Assembly: GCA_963729895.1 (NCBI GenBank)
Contig: CAVSQB010000019.1
Coordinates: 128,001-192,000 of the forward strand
Length of the DNA stretch: 64,000 nucleotides
Source of the DNA: an uncultured Fibrobacterota bacterium
Lineage (GTDB): Bacteria; Fibrobacterota; Chitinivibrionia; Chitinivibrionales; FEN-1185
Direction: 5' to 3'
Shown here: piece by piece, positions 8,931 through 18,639 of the stretch
Position numbering within the stretch: position 1 is the stretch's first letter
Layout: every line of letters begins with the position of its first letter
Position numbers and translations under genes: made by a program
Notes under the pieces: model-generated
What the model was told of the DNA's origin: nothing
The model's database searches: none
What the model saw: the letters and a program-made list of their open reading frames with translations, nothing else

Positions 8931-9551
8931 TCATCCCCAAAACCCGCTCCCTATCGAATATACAATCCTATTGACTTCCATCCGCACTATCGGCGCCAGC
9001 ACCTTGTTCTTCCACCATGTCCGGTAATCTTGTTTCGACAGGCAGCCGAGCTCAAACGTCGCGGGCAGGTACAGGAACGTGACAGGCGCCTGCGGATGCT
9101 TTGCTGCAACAAGGACCTTTATTCGCCGCATGTGATAGGGCGAGCTTACCAGGCCGATAGTGAGCCTGCGGCCGGCCGTCTGCCCGTTGCCGAACATGGT
9201 GTTGGCGCGTTTGGCGATGCAGTCCGCCTCCGAGAACGTGTTTTTGCATGTGTCAACCATAACGATCCTCGACGTGTCGAACCCTTGGGCGGAAAGCGAA
9301 TCTCGGAGGTTCTTCGAGGGATAGCTTACTATCCACAGCGCTTTCGGGTACCGCTTGCACAACTGCTTCGAATAAGGAATCCTGTCGTTGTCACCGGCAA
9401 ACGTAAAAATCGCGTCCAGCGACTGCGGCAGCGGGTCGGATACAACGAGCCACAGGCCGAGGTTACGGTATGCGAAAATGCACACTATAGTGAGTGTAAT
9501 TAGAATCGCAATAAGGACAATTCGTACGGCTTTCCTGCGGTTATTCGGCAT
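8931..9551 (-). CDS. YdcF/DUF218 family protein
   Basis: N-terminal TM helix, NTFSEA, LVSSPYHMRR. Confidence 0.8.
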   Translation of the reverse strand: MPNNRRKAVRIVLIAILITLTIVCIFAYRNLGLWLVVSDPLPQSLDAIFTFAGDNDRIPYSKQLCKRYPKALWIVSYPSKNLRDSLSAQGFDTSRIVMVDTCKNTFSEADCIAKRANTMFGNGQTAGRRLTIGLVSSPYHMRRIKVLVAAKHPQAPVTFLYLPATFELGCLSKQDYRTWWKNKVLAPIVRMEVNRIVYSIGSGFWG

Positions 9552-9718
9552 TGGCAAACTATCTATTCACATAGTGGAAAAGGAGTCGGACGGAACTGCG
9601 GTTTGCACACTATTGGTTTCTTGATTTTCTTCCCCCATCAGCGCCGGCCCCGAGGCCTGAAAATAATAATCCGGTACTTTTGGTTGGCCGAGCCGAAAAA
9701 TCAAGATACATTACTTTT

Positions 9719-9795
9719 GGATAGCGGTGCCGGGTGACCCCAAAGAGGGAGTTGCGGCAAGAATCCACTCCTCTGCTGTGGGGCACCCACGAAAT
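9719..9795. repeat. REP-like repeat R2 (GCCGGGTGACCCCA...GCTGTGGGGCACCC)
   Basis: Other copies near 13409-13490, 15272-15355, 19887-19960, 20091-20165; partials near 13334 and 15127. Confidence 0.8.
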
Positions 9796-9891
9796 GTCGC
9801 TGTACAGGTGAGCGTTTGATTCGCTTTGGATGCATTGTCTCATAGGTGAAGTTGACAATTGTGGAATTGCTCTTCTGCCATGCGCCAGGCC

Positions 9892-10078
9892 GGACCGGAA
9901 CGTACGCAGGGCGCAGTGCCGCCTGACCCGGGCCGCAAGCCATAGGGCAGGCGGTACCGAGGCCGATCCGCCGACGACCCTTGGAAGCACCCGAAGGGGT
10001 GGCGTGGAGATTCAACCCGCCCAATAGGAAGGGCGGGTTATAAGCCGCCGTCCCGGTGGGGACGGGGCCGCCCAGATC
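9892..10078 (+). repeat. Structured element R3, copy 1 (candidate ncRNA)
   Basis: Shares ordered blocks with reverse complement of 18166..18325; several hairpins. Confidence 0.6.
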
Positions 10079-10123
10079 ATTACACTTATATTGCCAAGGG
10101 TACATCCGCGCCGCACCGCCTAG

Positions 10124-11435
10124 CAGGGTGTTGAAAAAGTCTCCCTTTTGTAAACATTTATCCTTATATTATAGGGGAACCCCAACCAAGGAGTATTGAT
10201 GAGAGGTTCCCAGCCAGCCCAAGGCGGTATGTTCAGCTTCGTTTCTCCGGATTCCCGAGTGCCGGCAACGCACCCGCTTCGTCGTGTCAAACAGTTTACG
10301 GACATAGCGCTGCGCCGCCTTTCTCGTGACTTTGAGGCGATGTACAGCCGGATGGGGCGCCCTTCGATACCGCCGGAATGGCTTTTGAAAGCACAGATAT
10401 TGATGGCTTTGTTTTCGATACGGTCGGACCGGTTGTTTTGCGAGATGCTGGACTATAACATTCTGTTCCGATGGTTTCTTGACATGGATCTGGATGCGGC
10501 ATCGTTTGATCATAGTGTGTTTTCGAAGAACCGAGATCGACTTATGGAACAGGAGATTGCGCACCGGCTGATGCAGGAAATCGTGCGTCTTGCTCGTTCC
10601 GAAGAGTTGTTGTCCGATGAGCATTTCACGGTTGACGGCACGTTGATTGAAGCCTGGGCATCGATGAAGAGCTTCAAGCGAAAAGACGCGGAATCGGCGA
10701 ACAAGACTGACGATGATCGGAGTAATCCGTCGGTTGATTTCCACCATGAGAAGCGAAGCAATGAGACACATCAGAGTTCGACCGATCCAGAGGCGCTGTT
10801 GGCTCGGAAGAACAAGAGAACGGGAGCGCAGCTGGCGTATTCCGGTCACGTGCTGATGGAAAACCGAAATGGGTTGTGTGTTGATATCGCCATTGCGCCA
10901 GCGACGGGGACAGCGGAACGGGATATGGCGCTTGAGCTGATAAAGCATGAACGCAGGCGCGGAAAACGCCGGATGAAGACGGTGGGTGCAGACAAAGGGT
11001 ATCATGCAACCGAATTTATCAAGAGCCTGCGACGCCTGCACGTGAAGCCTCACATTGCCGAGAAGGCCAACACTTCGCTTAAAGGGTTGGATGGAAGAAC
11101 GACTCGGCATAAGGGATACAGCGTAAGTCAAAGGAAACGAAAACGGGTTGAAGAGATATTTGGGTGGATCAAGAGCGTCGGTGGCCTGCGGAAAACTCGG
11201 GTAAGAGGAATACGAATCAACCAGACTGTTGCCTACGTGGTTGCCGCAGCGTACAACTTGATACGCATGGTTAAGTTGATGCCGCAAACGGTGGGGGCAG
11301 CATGAGAATGGCCTGGGAATCCGGGGAAATGCCTCGGAACGAGGCAGGTAAAACCTCTCTGACATATGTAAAGTTGAAGTTAGGTTCATAAAAAATCAAC
11401 AAGAGCGCTTCTGTTAGGACTATTTCAACAACCTG
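10124..11435 (+). mobile_element. IS5-family element, copy 1 (1312 bp)
   Basis: TIRs CAGGGTGTTGAAAAAGTC / GACTATTTCAACAACCTG; CTAG on both sides (10120-10123, 11436-11439). Confidence 0.93.
10196..11305 (+). CDS. IS5-family transposase
   Basis: GRPSIPPE, VDGTLIEAWAS, GADKGY, RKRVEEIFGWIK. Confidence 0.95.
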   Translation: MMRGSQPAQGGMFSFVSPDSRVPATHPLRRVKQFTDIALRRLSRDFEAMYSRMGRPSIPPEWLLKAQILMALFSIRSDRLFCEMLDYNILFRWFLDMDLDAASFDHSVFSKNRDRLMEQEIAHRLMQEIVRLARSEELLSDEHFTVDGTLIEAWASMKSFKRKDAESANKTDDDRSNPSVDFHHEKRSNETHQSSTDPEALLARKNKRTGAQLAYSGHVLMENRNGLCVDIAIAPATGTAERDMALELIKHERRRGKRRMKTVGADKGYHATEFIKSLRRLHVKPHIAEKANTSLKGLDGRTTRHKGYSVSQRKRKRVEEIFGWIKSVGGLRKTRVRGIRINQTVAYVVAAAYNLIRMVKLMPQTVGAA

Positions 11436-11578
11436 CTAGGGCTTGATCAATTGTTTCCTTCGAAATCATGATAACTGTTCTCTCCAATCCTTAACGGGTG
11501 TCCATCTTTTCCGACGCTTTTCCGTCCGCCCCCCATCGCCAGTAAGATGCCTTTCAATTTCTTTCCATCATCACCACA

Positions 11579-11983
11579 TCAGAAGTCCTGCGTATCCATA
11601 CTATCACGGGAAACAATCCCCATTTCCCTGGAGTTCTTTTTTACATACGCAAACATTACCCCGGTAACGCCTTTCCAGAGATACGTGCTGAAGCAGACGT
11701 TCTTGATAATTCCTTCCCTGTTCCTGTATCGCAGCTTGTAGCTGCGGATTTTCGCAGCCGCAAAGAGTATGCACTCCTGGAGAATGTCCTCGCCGAACCG
11801 CCGGACAAGGGGCGGGAAAAGGGTGGTTTCGATTCTGTAAATAAAAAAGCCTATCAGGTGAAGTAAAAGTTCCTCCTGGGCCTGCTTGTTTCCCTTCTTG
11901 GCAAGAGAGATGCATTTTCTTTCTTGTCTGCCCGGAAGTTTTCTATGCTCTGACGCTAATTTTCTGTAATGTGCGAAATTGAT
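11579..11983 (-). pseudogene. Sigma-70 region 1.2/2-like frame lacking a canonical start
   Basis: Manual translation: ...QERKCISLAKKGNKQAQEELLLHLIGFF...EDILQECILFAAAKIRSY...FSTYLWKGVTG...; TAA immediately upstream. Confidence 0.5.
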
Positions 11984-12030
11984 TTATCTGGCCGGGAATA
12001 AGGCGAAACCAATGTAAAACTTATTAACGT

Positions 12031-12073
12031 TCTATTCACGCCATGAATAGATTCTATTCATGGCGTGAATAGA
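12031..12073. repeat. Perfect 21-bp inverted repeat with 1-nt spacer
   Basis: TCTATTCACGCCATGAATAGA-T-TCTATTCATGGCGTGAATAGA. Confidence 0.9.
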
Positions 12074-12210
12074 TTGAACTTCGGATTATCACGCCTCGCA
12101 CAGTGCTTCAGGTTCTTTTCCAGAGGCATGACCAAGTATCGAAGAGATTGAAGCCTAGGCGGAGCAGCGATGCTCAATTCCGATGCAGTACATCGTGCTT
12201 TTGGCTTTTT

Positions 12211-12302
12211 ATGAACCGGTTCTCCATGCATGGTCAAACCGGCAACAAGACAACTCGGAAAGGCTTGTCGTGCCGGTATTCTTCGAGGATCTCTCCTTGC
12301 AT
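12211..12302 (-). pseudogene. Internal fragment of DUF4258-like toxin, frameshifted
   Basis: MQGEILEEYRHDKPF then, in a shifted frame, SCLVAGLTMHGEPVH. Confidence 0.6.
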
Positions 12303-12362
12303 GACGCTTCCGGAACTAATAGATTTCCAGCTCACCCCTATTAGAAGCAGTCCGGCCAATCC

Positions 12363-12854
12363 CTAGTGATTTTCACTTGTTCCGGATTTGTCATTTAGGC
12401 TGAATCGAGCAGAAAATTCGGCAGCTAATTGTTTTAATGCCGGCTCGCAGGTCAGAACCAGCGGTTTCATTTTGTCCCATTGCATTTCAAATGTGTAGGC
12501 TTGTCTGAAAACGTGCCTGAACGTGAGATATTCGCTCAGAATATTGCACAAGTCTTGAGAAATTACCGGGGCAACGCCATTGGCTTCTCTCGCCATTGCC
12601 TGCAGCAGGTTCTTGTGCCAGGCTTCCCCCGATGCTTTTTGGCCATGCATTTCAGCATAAATACGTCCAAATATGTTTTCCGCACCAGTGTAGAAAGAGT
12701 GAAGGACCGTGGCAAGCGCTGAAATCTCGACTTTTGAGGGCTCGTCTTTTTCGGCTTTGTCAAGCAATGCCTGGTTTTCCTGCAATAGCCGTGATAATTG
12801 ATCGAGCTCCACGCGTATTTGTTTGATCAATTTATCCGATGCGAACCAGCTCAT
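12363..12854 (-). CDS. HEPN-domain (HepT-like) toxin
   Basis: LHSFYTGAENIF, WHKNLL, YLTFRHVFRQAY; paralogue of 2178..2654. Confidence 0.8.
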   Translation of the reverse strand: MSWFASDKLIKQIRVELDQLSRLLQENQALLDKAEKDEPSKVEISALATVLHSFYTGAENIFGRIYAEMHGQKASGEAWHKNLLQAMAREANGVAPVISQDLCNILSEYLTFRHVFRQAYTFEMQWDKMKPLVLTCEPALKQLAAEFSARFSLNDKSGTSENH

Positions 12855-13158
12855 TTTCTTCCTTTAGATATCGGGTGAATGCATTGTCTTCATCAAGATC
12901 AATAAGGTCTATTTGTTTGGACAGCGCCATTTGGATTTGCCCCATCACTTTAAAGAAAAGCCGGGGAGGTAGACCACTTATCGCTATGTCGATATCATTG
13001 GCCCGTGCGATATCCCCATGAGCAGCGGACCCGAAAACGTAGACCTCCTTTGACCCTGCGGATTTAAGAATTCGGGTTACAATGTCGAATATCGGGTTAA
13101 CGGCAAGTTCCTTAGCGCGTTCGGAAGTATTATCGAGTACCACTGTTCCCTCCTTCAC
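12832..13158 (-). CDS. Minimal nucleotidyltransferase antitoxin
   Basis: VYVFGSAAHGDIARANDIDIAISGL, IDLIDLD. Confidence 0.85.
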   Translation of the reverse strand: MKEGTVVLDNTSERAKELAVNPIFDIVTRILKSAGSKEVYVFGSAAHGDIARANDIDIAISGLPPRLFFKVMGQIQMALSKQIDLIDLDEDNAFTRYLKEENELVRIG

Positions 13159-13627
13159 ATTTCAGCACAGCACACGGGGCACTGCTTGAAAGGCATCATG
13201 GCCCTAAAATACTCCAAACTCGACTGGCATGCAAAAATGACTACCTTGGCCGGAGGATTCGGCCGCGACACCAAAATGCAACCAAGAATGCATCCGGCTG
13301 GCTGAGCCGGAAATATTAACAGATAGATGTTTCTGGATGGCTGAGCCGGGTGACCCTCAAGTGAGTTTATTTGCGAGAATCGAATTTATGGATACAAGTC
13401 AAATGCATCTGGATGGCTGTGCCGGGTGACCCCAAAGTGGAATTATTTGCGAGAATCCAATCCTTGGCTGTGGGGCACCCACGAGGTGCAGTTGTAAAGG
13501 CAAAGGATTGAAGTGTTGATTTGGTGAAGAAATTAAGAGCCCACGGAGAACTTACAGTTGTGAATTTAATAATCGGGTGCTCCGCGGGTGCCCCCCAACT
13601 GAAGCTTAATTCTTGCAACAACTCTAC

Positions 13628-13719
13628 CTTGGGGTGCACCCAGGAGGGGGTGTGCCCTTTTATGGAGAGCCGCACGGCCGTGCGATTCTCCATAAAAGGG
13701 CCAGGGGGAAACTTCCCCC
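13628..13719. repeat. Structured repeat R4, copy 1
   Basis: CTTGGGGTGCACC..GGTGTG[hairpin]CAGGGGGAAACTTCCCCC; second copy 18503..18587. Confidence 0.75.
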
Positions 13720-13744
13720 GCCAAATCTAATCTTAATTGAACTC

Positions 13745-14446
13745 TTAGCTTCTCTTAAACACGTTATACTTGACAATACACCACAACGCGCTGAACCCGT
13801 CGCGGAGCCCGATCTTCTTGCCCTCCTCGTAGGTGCGGCCGGAATACGAGATGCCCACTTCGTACACCCGGCACCGCAGGCGCGCGATTTTTGCGGTGAT
13901 CTCGGGCTCGAACCCGAACCGGTTTTCGCGTACGGTAATCTTGCCGAGAATTTCCCTGCGGAACATTTTGTAGCAGGTCTCCATGTCGGTGAGGTTCATG
14001 TTCGACAGGACGTTCGAGACGAACGTGAGGAGCTGGTTGCCCATGAAATGAAAGAAATAGAGCACACGGCGCTCGTCGGTGGTGAGGAAGCGGGAGCCGT
14101 ACACGACGTCGGCCCTGCCGTCGAGGATGGGCTTTAAGAGCCTGCCGTATTCGTCGGGGTTGTATTCGAGGTCCGCGTCCTGGACCACCACCACGTCGCC
14201 TGTCGCATGAGTAAATCCGGTGCGCAGCGCCGCGCCCTTGCCCCGGTTTGTGTCGTGGTACACCACGCGCACGCGGGCATCGGACATCGCTTTCAGGATG
14301 TCGCGCGTCCCGTCCTGGGAGCAGTCGTCCACCACGATCACCTCGCGGTCGACGCCCGGGGGCAGGCCGGCGGCAAGCACCCTGCTCAGGAGCGTGCCGA
14401 TGGTCTTCTTTTCGTTATAGCACGGGATTACAATGGACAGCAGCAT
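13745..14446 (-). CDS. Glycosyltransferase family 2 (DPM1-like)
   Basis: SIVIPCYNE, VDDCSQDGT, QDADLEY, TDMETCYK. Confidence 0.92.
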   Translation of the reverse strand: MLLSIVIPCYNEKKTIGTLLSRVLAAGLPPGVDREVIVVDDCSQDGTRDILKAMSDARVRVVYHDTNRGKGAALRTGFTHATGDVVVVQDADLEYNPDEYGRLLKPILDGRADVVYGSRFLTTDERRVLYFFHFMGNQLLTFVSNVLSNMNLTDMETCYKMFRREILGKITVRENRFGFEPEITAKIARLRCRVYEVGISYSGRTYEEGKKIGLRDGFSALWCIVKYNVFKRS

Positions 14447-14454
14447 GGCGCGCC

Positions 14455-15054
14455 TCAGGTAAAGAGGTAATACAGATATTTCTGGAATTCGAGAAGAACG
14501 GCCTGTCGCAACGGTCTGTTGAGCCACCAGGTCCGGTAGACGTGAACCGTCACGCCGTAGCGCTCGTACGGGACCGGCAGATAGTGGAACCTGCAGGCGC
14601 CGCCCTTATATCTTCTCTCAACTTCCATGCGGATCCTGCGCATGTGAAACGGCGTGCTCACGAGGCCGACGCTCAGCGGCCGGCCGCTCAGCCCCTTTTT
14701 CTCCTGCACGGCATTTGCCGCCCACTGGGTGACAAAGCAGGCTTCGGAGCTGGTATTTTTGCAGGTGTCAACTATGGTGATCCTCGACGTGTCGAGGCCC
14801 CCTTTCCCAAGAGTTTTTGCAATTCTCTTGGACGGGTAGCTGATGAGCCATCGCGCCTGTTTGTGGGCGGCAAAGAGTTCTTTGGAGTAGATGATCCGGT
14901 GCGTTTCGCCCGCAAAGGTGAAGATCGCGTCGAGCGATTGGGGCACGGGATCGGAAACCACGAGCCACAGGGCAAGATTGGAGAAGGCGTACGCGGCCAG
15001 AACGAGCGCTGCGAGCGCGGGGACAAGGATCAACGCGGCCTTTTTTCTTTTCAT
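14455..15054 (-). CDS. YdcF/DUF218 family protein (paralogue of 8931..9551)
   Basis: WLVVSDPVPQSLDAIFTFAG, DTCKNT, LVSTPFHMRR. Confidence 0.8.
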   Translation of the reverse strand: MKRKKAALILVPALAALVLAAYAFSNLALWLVVSDPVPQSLDAIFTFAGETHRIIYSKELFAAHKQARWLISYPSKRIAKTLGKGGLDTSRITIVDTCKNTSSEACFVTQWAANAVQEKKGLSGRPLSVGLVSTPFHMRRIRMEVERRYKGGACRFHYLPVPYERYGVTVHVYRTWWLNRPLRQAVLLEFQKYLYYLFT

Positions 15055-15789
15055 GGGATGTTCGCTTTAGTTCCGGCTGAGAAAAAAAGATTCAATAGAT
15101 ATATCGATGCAATTCAAATGTTATTGGGTAGCCGCGCCGGGTGACCCCACGGTTGGAGTAAATGGGTCGAGTTGGATGCTTGAAAAGTTCACGAGTTAGT
15201 TCGGTTGAGAATTCTGCTAACCGGGTGCCGCTGCGGCGCGCGCAACAATATCTAAATACGAATTAAGTTCATCTGGATGGCTGTGCCGGGTGACCCCATA
15301 GATGGAGTGGCTGCGAGAATCCAATCCTTGGCTGTGGGGCACCCGCGAAATGCAGTTGGACGGATGAGAGTATATATCTGAAAACTTCGTCAATGTATTT
15401 GGTCTTGGATTTTGTTAACCGGGTGCTTCTAGTGTGCGCGCAGCAGAGGATTCGGGCTTGCCACTGGTACACCCACGCCGCACACGCTCAGCACACAAGA
15501 ATATTATCTTGATTTCGCACACCCTCTTTGGCCAAGAATAACAATTTTGCCTTCGTCAAGACGAAGGCAAAGGTAACGCCCGGCATTACTTCTATTATTC
15601 CCGGCCGGCACGCGAGATACGGACCGGATATACCTCACCCCCGTCGGCGGTACTTTTTAGAAAAAAAATCCCGCTTCAACCGGAAAGGACTGATTTGTTC
15701 CGCTCTAACTACTTAAGCAAACCAAAAGAATATAATACATTCATTCTCTGCGAATTTCAACAGTAAAATCAATATCTTGCAAGAGATGT

Positions 15790-16362
15790 TCAAGCCTGCG
15801 GCGCCGGCAAGGGCTCGTCGGGTTTAACCATTGAGGCATCTACATACATTGATGCCTGGCCAAGCCCTGCCACGGAAAGCACGAGCCTGTCGGAATTCCT
15901 GACCCTTGCAATGACCCCTTTAAGCCCCCGAAGAGGGCCCGCTATCACGGAAACTGCGGCGCCCCGGGGATACGAAACGGTGACCGGCTCAAGGGCCGCT
16001 CCCGTCTCTATGGCCTGATAGATCTGCGTGAGCTCATCGATGAAACGGCGCTGGTACTTGACCGGGATGATCGAAACGACCCTTCCTGTTTTGTAAACCC
16101 CCTGGACGGACGGGTCGCGGCCGCAGAAGCTGATATACCCCGGAAACAGCGGCAGGATCGACTTGCGGGGCTTGTTGTTGTCCCTGCGCCTGGTGACGTG
16201 CGTCACGAGCGGCAGGTAGTATTCGACGTTGTTCCTGATGAAATCGAACGCGAGCGCCTTTTCCTGGCGGGGCTTTACTTTTGCAACCCACCACGGCGAT
16301 TGCGCCATGGCGATGGGCCCGGCAGGAAACCGGGCAGGGGGATTTTCGTTCACTCGGATCAT
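15790..16362 (-). CDS. NusG/RfaH/UpxY-type antitermination factor
   Basis: WWVAKVKPRQEK, PLFPGYI, KOW-like VIAGPLRGLKG; upstream of polysaccharide genes. Confidence 0.85.
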   Translation of the reverse strand: MIRVNENPPARFPAGPIAMAQSPWWVAKVKPRQEKALAFDFIRNNVEYYLPLVTHVTRRRDNNKPRKSILPLFPGYISFCGRDPSVQGVYKTGRVVSIIPVKYQRRFIDELTQIYQAIETGAALEPVTVSYPRGAAVSVIAGPLRGLKGVIARVRNSDRLVLSVAGLGQASMYVDASMVKPDEPLPAPQA

Positions 16363-16365
16363 AGT

Positions 16366-16500
16366 ATGCGTTTATGCGTTAGAGCGTTGATGCGTTGGGT
16401 GCGTTGGAGCGTTGGAGCGTTCTTAACTCCTTTTCAACTTCTCAACCTCTCAACTTTTCAACCTTTCAACTTCTCAACTCTTCAACTTTTCAACTTCTTC
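16366..16500. repeat. Two adjacent ~8-bp tandem arrays (GGAGCGTT-like and TTCAACTT-like)
   Basis: Directly visible; a short TCAACTCT array also at ~17191-17217. Confidence 0.85.
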
Positions 16501-17170
16501 ACACTCCGTATTCCGCCCGGTACCGGTCTATGTCCGCTTTCACGGCGTCGGTGACGAGTGTTGCGCCGCCGATCTCGCGTTTGTACAAAAAGGAGACGAT
16601 GTCGTCGATCGTGACGATGGCCGCCGCTTCCACGCCGCAGGCGCGGGACGCCTCGGCAAGCGCGCTTGCCCCGCCGGGGCCCTTTTCCATCCTGTCGACC
16701 GACACCACCAGGGCTCGCAGCACGATCCCGGTAAATCCGGACAGGATTGCCGCAGACTCTTTTGCCGACGTACCGGCGGTTATCACGTCGTCGACGATCA
16801 CAATCCTGTCGCCCGCAACGGGCGTACGGCCGATGATGCTTCCGCCTTCCCCGTGGTCCTTGGCCTCTTTCCGGTTGAAACACACCGAAACATCGTGGTT
16901 GTACAGCCGGTGAAGTGCAATGGCGGCGCTCACGGCTATCGGAATCCCCTTGTAGGCCGGCCCGAACAGGACGTTGAAATCGCTGCCCAGGCGAGCCTGC
17001 ATCGCGGCCGCGTAGAACTCGCCGAGCATGGCCATCTGGGAGCCGGTCCTGTAATTCCCGGTGTTGATGAAATACGGCGTGCGGCGGCCGCTCTTGGTGA
17101 CAAAGCTGCCGAACGTGAGCACGCCCGCGCGCACCATGAACGCGATGAAATCCTGCTTGTATTGTTCCAT
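16499..17170 (-). CDS. pyrE: Orotate phosphoribosyltransferase
   Basis: KSGRRTPYF, LFGPAYKGIP, RKEAKDHGEGG, VDDVITAGTS. Confidence 0.95.
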   Translation of the reverse strand: MEQYKQDFIAFMVRAGVLTFGSFVTKSGRRTPYFINTGNYRTGSQMAMLGEFYAAAMQARLGSDFNVLFGPAYKGIPIAVSAAIALHRLYNHDVSVCFNRKEAKDHGEGGSIIGRTPVAGDRIVIVDDVITAGTSAKESAAILSGFTGIVLRALVVSVDRMEKGPGGASALAEASRACGVEAAAIVTIDDIVSFLYKREIGGATLVTDAVKADIDRYRAEYGV

Positions 17171-17193
17171 TGGAAACCCCTGAGGATAACCTC

Positions 17194-18015
17194 TCAACTC
17201 TTCAACTCTTCAACTTCCTGGATTTCAATTTTCATTCCGTCGTACGAAAACTCCATCCACGGTTCGATCTTCGCGGCATCGGCCCGGTAGTGGATGTCGT
17301 GGCTCATGTGGGTAAAGCAGCACCGTTTGGGCCGAAGCTCGCGGGCAAGCCGCACGCTCTGTTCGAGCACCAGATGGCTTGCATGTTCCCGCGTTTCCCT
17401 GAGACAATTGAGAATGAGCACATCGAGCCCGGCTAGGGATTCCATCACGTGCGGCCGGAGCGATTTGAGGTCGGGCAGGTAGGCCATGGCGCCGATGCGG
17501 TAGCCGAAGCAGCCGGCCAGGTCACCGTGCTCCACCGGCAGGGGTAGGACTCGTTTCCCGAAAAGCGAAAACGGCCCGCTCACGGCATTGGTTGCGATTG
17601 ACGGAATTCCTCCTCCCCGGAAGGCCGCGGGATCGAATACGTAGGGGAACGACGTCCGTATGGCGTCCATGCTTTCGGGTGAACCGAAGAAGTCGAGGGG
17701 CGCCGCGCGCTGCGCGGTGTACGAGCGGATATCGGGAATCCCGCCGATGTGGTCGGCATGGCGATGGGTGATGAGCACCGCGTGGATCGCCGGGATTTTC
17801 TCCCGGAGCGCCTGTTCCCTGAAATCAAGAGATACGTCGATGAGGACGAGCGAGCCGCCGAATTCGACCAGGATGGAAGAACGCGTGCGTCGGTGTTTTG
17901 CGTCCGCCGCGGAAAGCCTGCACACGTCTTTTGCGCACAGCCGGTGGCCGTTGAGCATGCAGTCGATGGAAGGGACCCCATGCGACGTGCCGGTGCCGAG
18001 AAAGGTTATGTTCAT
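17194..18015 (-). CDS. MBL-fold metallohydrolase (PhnP-like)
   Basis: FLGTGTSHGVP, THRHADHIGG, THMSH. Confidence 0.9.
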   Translation of the reverse strand: MNITFLGTGTSHGVPSIDCMLNGHRLCAKDVCRLSAADAKHRRTRSSILVEFGGSLVLIDVSLDFREQALREKIPAIHAVLITHRHADHIGGIPDIRSYTAQRAAPLDFFGSPESMDAIRTSFPYVFDPAAFRGGGIPSIATNAVSGPFSLFGKRVLPLPVEHGDLAGCFGYRIGAMAYLPDLKSLRPHVMESLAGLDVLILNCLRETREHASHLVLEQSVRLARELRPKRCCFTHMSHDIHYRADAAKIEPWMEFSYDGMKIEIQEVEELKS

Positions 18016-18165
18016 CGATGCCTGGCCCCGGAAAGCGGGCGACGATTTATCAGGAGTTTCTGTGCGAAAAATACTTTATGCTGTCCTGATCTCCCATGAA
18101 TTAGAACTTGGCGATGATAGCAAGCTTTAGTTTTGGTGGGGGCACCGCTTGATCAGTTTTTGGAA

Positions 18166-18325
18166 GAGCTGGGCGCTCCCCCATGCATTGACGTATAAGT
18201 GTCCGTCAATGCATGCGGTCGGTCTCCCTCCGGGCTCGGCCAAAGGCCTCGGTGCCCCACTGCCCCCACGGCCCTTCGGGCCGGGGTCAGGCGGCCCTCC
18301 CGCTTTGGCGGGACCGCTCCGGTCC
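18166..18325 (-). repeat. Structured element R3, copy 2
   Basis: Homology to 9892..10078; 12-bp perfect hairpin CATGCATTGACG/CGTCAATGCATG; bracketed by inverted GTGGGGGCACC / GGTGCCCCCAC (~18137, ~18410). Confidence 0.6.
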
Positions 18326-18502
18326 ACCTAGCGCTCGCAATACAGCCTAATTGCGCAATCGTCATCATTACTTTCAACAGTCACCTGTCAATTTTTGTGT
18401 TCGTTTCTGGGTGCCCCCACAAATGACCTATTCACTTTTCATTTTCTCCCTCTCCTATGGGAGAGGGCGGGGTGAGGTTGTTGACGCTTGCAGCTGGCCG
18501 TG

Positions 18503-18587
18503 CTTGGGGTGCACCTGCCGAGGAGGTGTGCCCCCGGATCGCCGGCGCGCAGCGCCGGAAGCCGGGGGCCAGGGGGAAACTTCCCCC
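18503..18587. repeat. Structured repeat R4, copy 2
   Basis: Same flanks as 13628..13719 with a different but paired central hairpin. Confidence 0.75.
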
Positions 18588-18639
18588 AAGAAATAAATTT
18601 ATAAATGCAAAGGGTCCTTCGTGAACTATTTTTTTATGT

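Noticed and set aside
10169..11389. 406-aa antisense ORF (also 31921..33141) and 528-aa ORF 56369..57955
   Set aside because: Shadows of the IS5 and IS1380 transposases
15055..15789. ops/JUMPstart element downstream of the NusG paralogue
   Set aside because: No GGCGGTAG-type match seen on the coding strand
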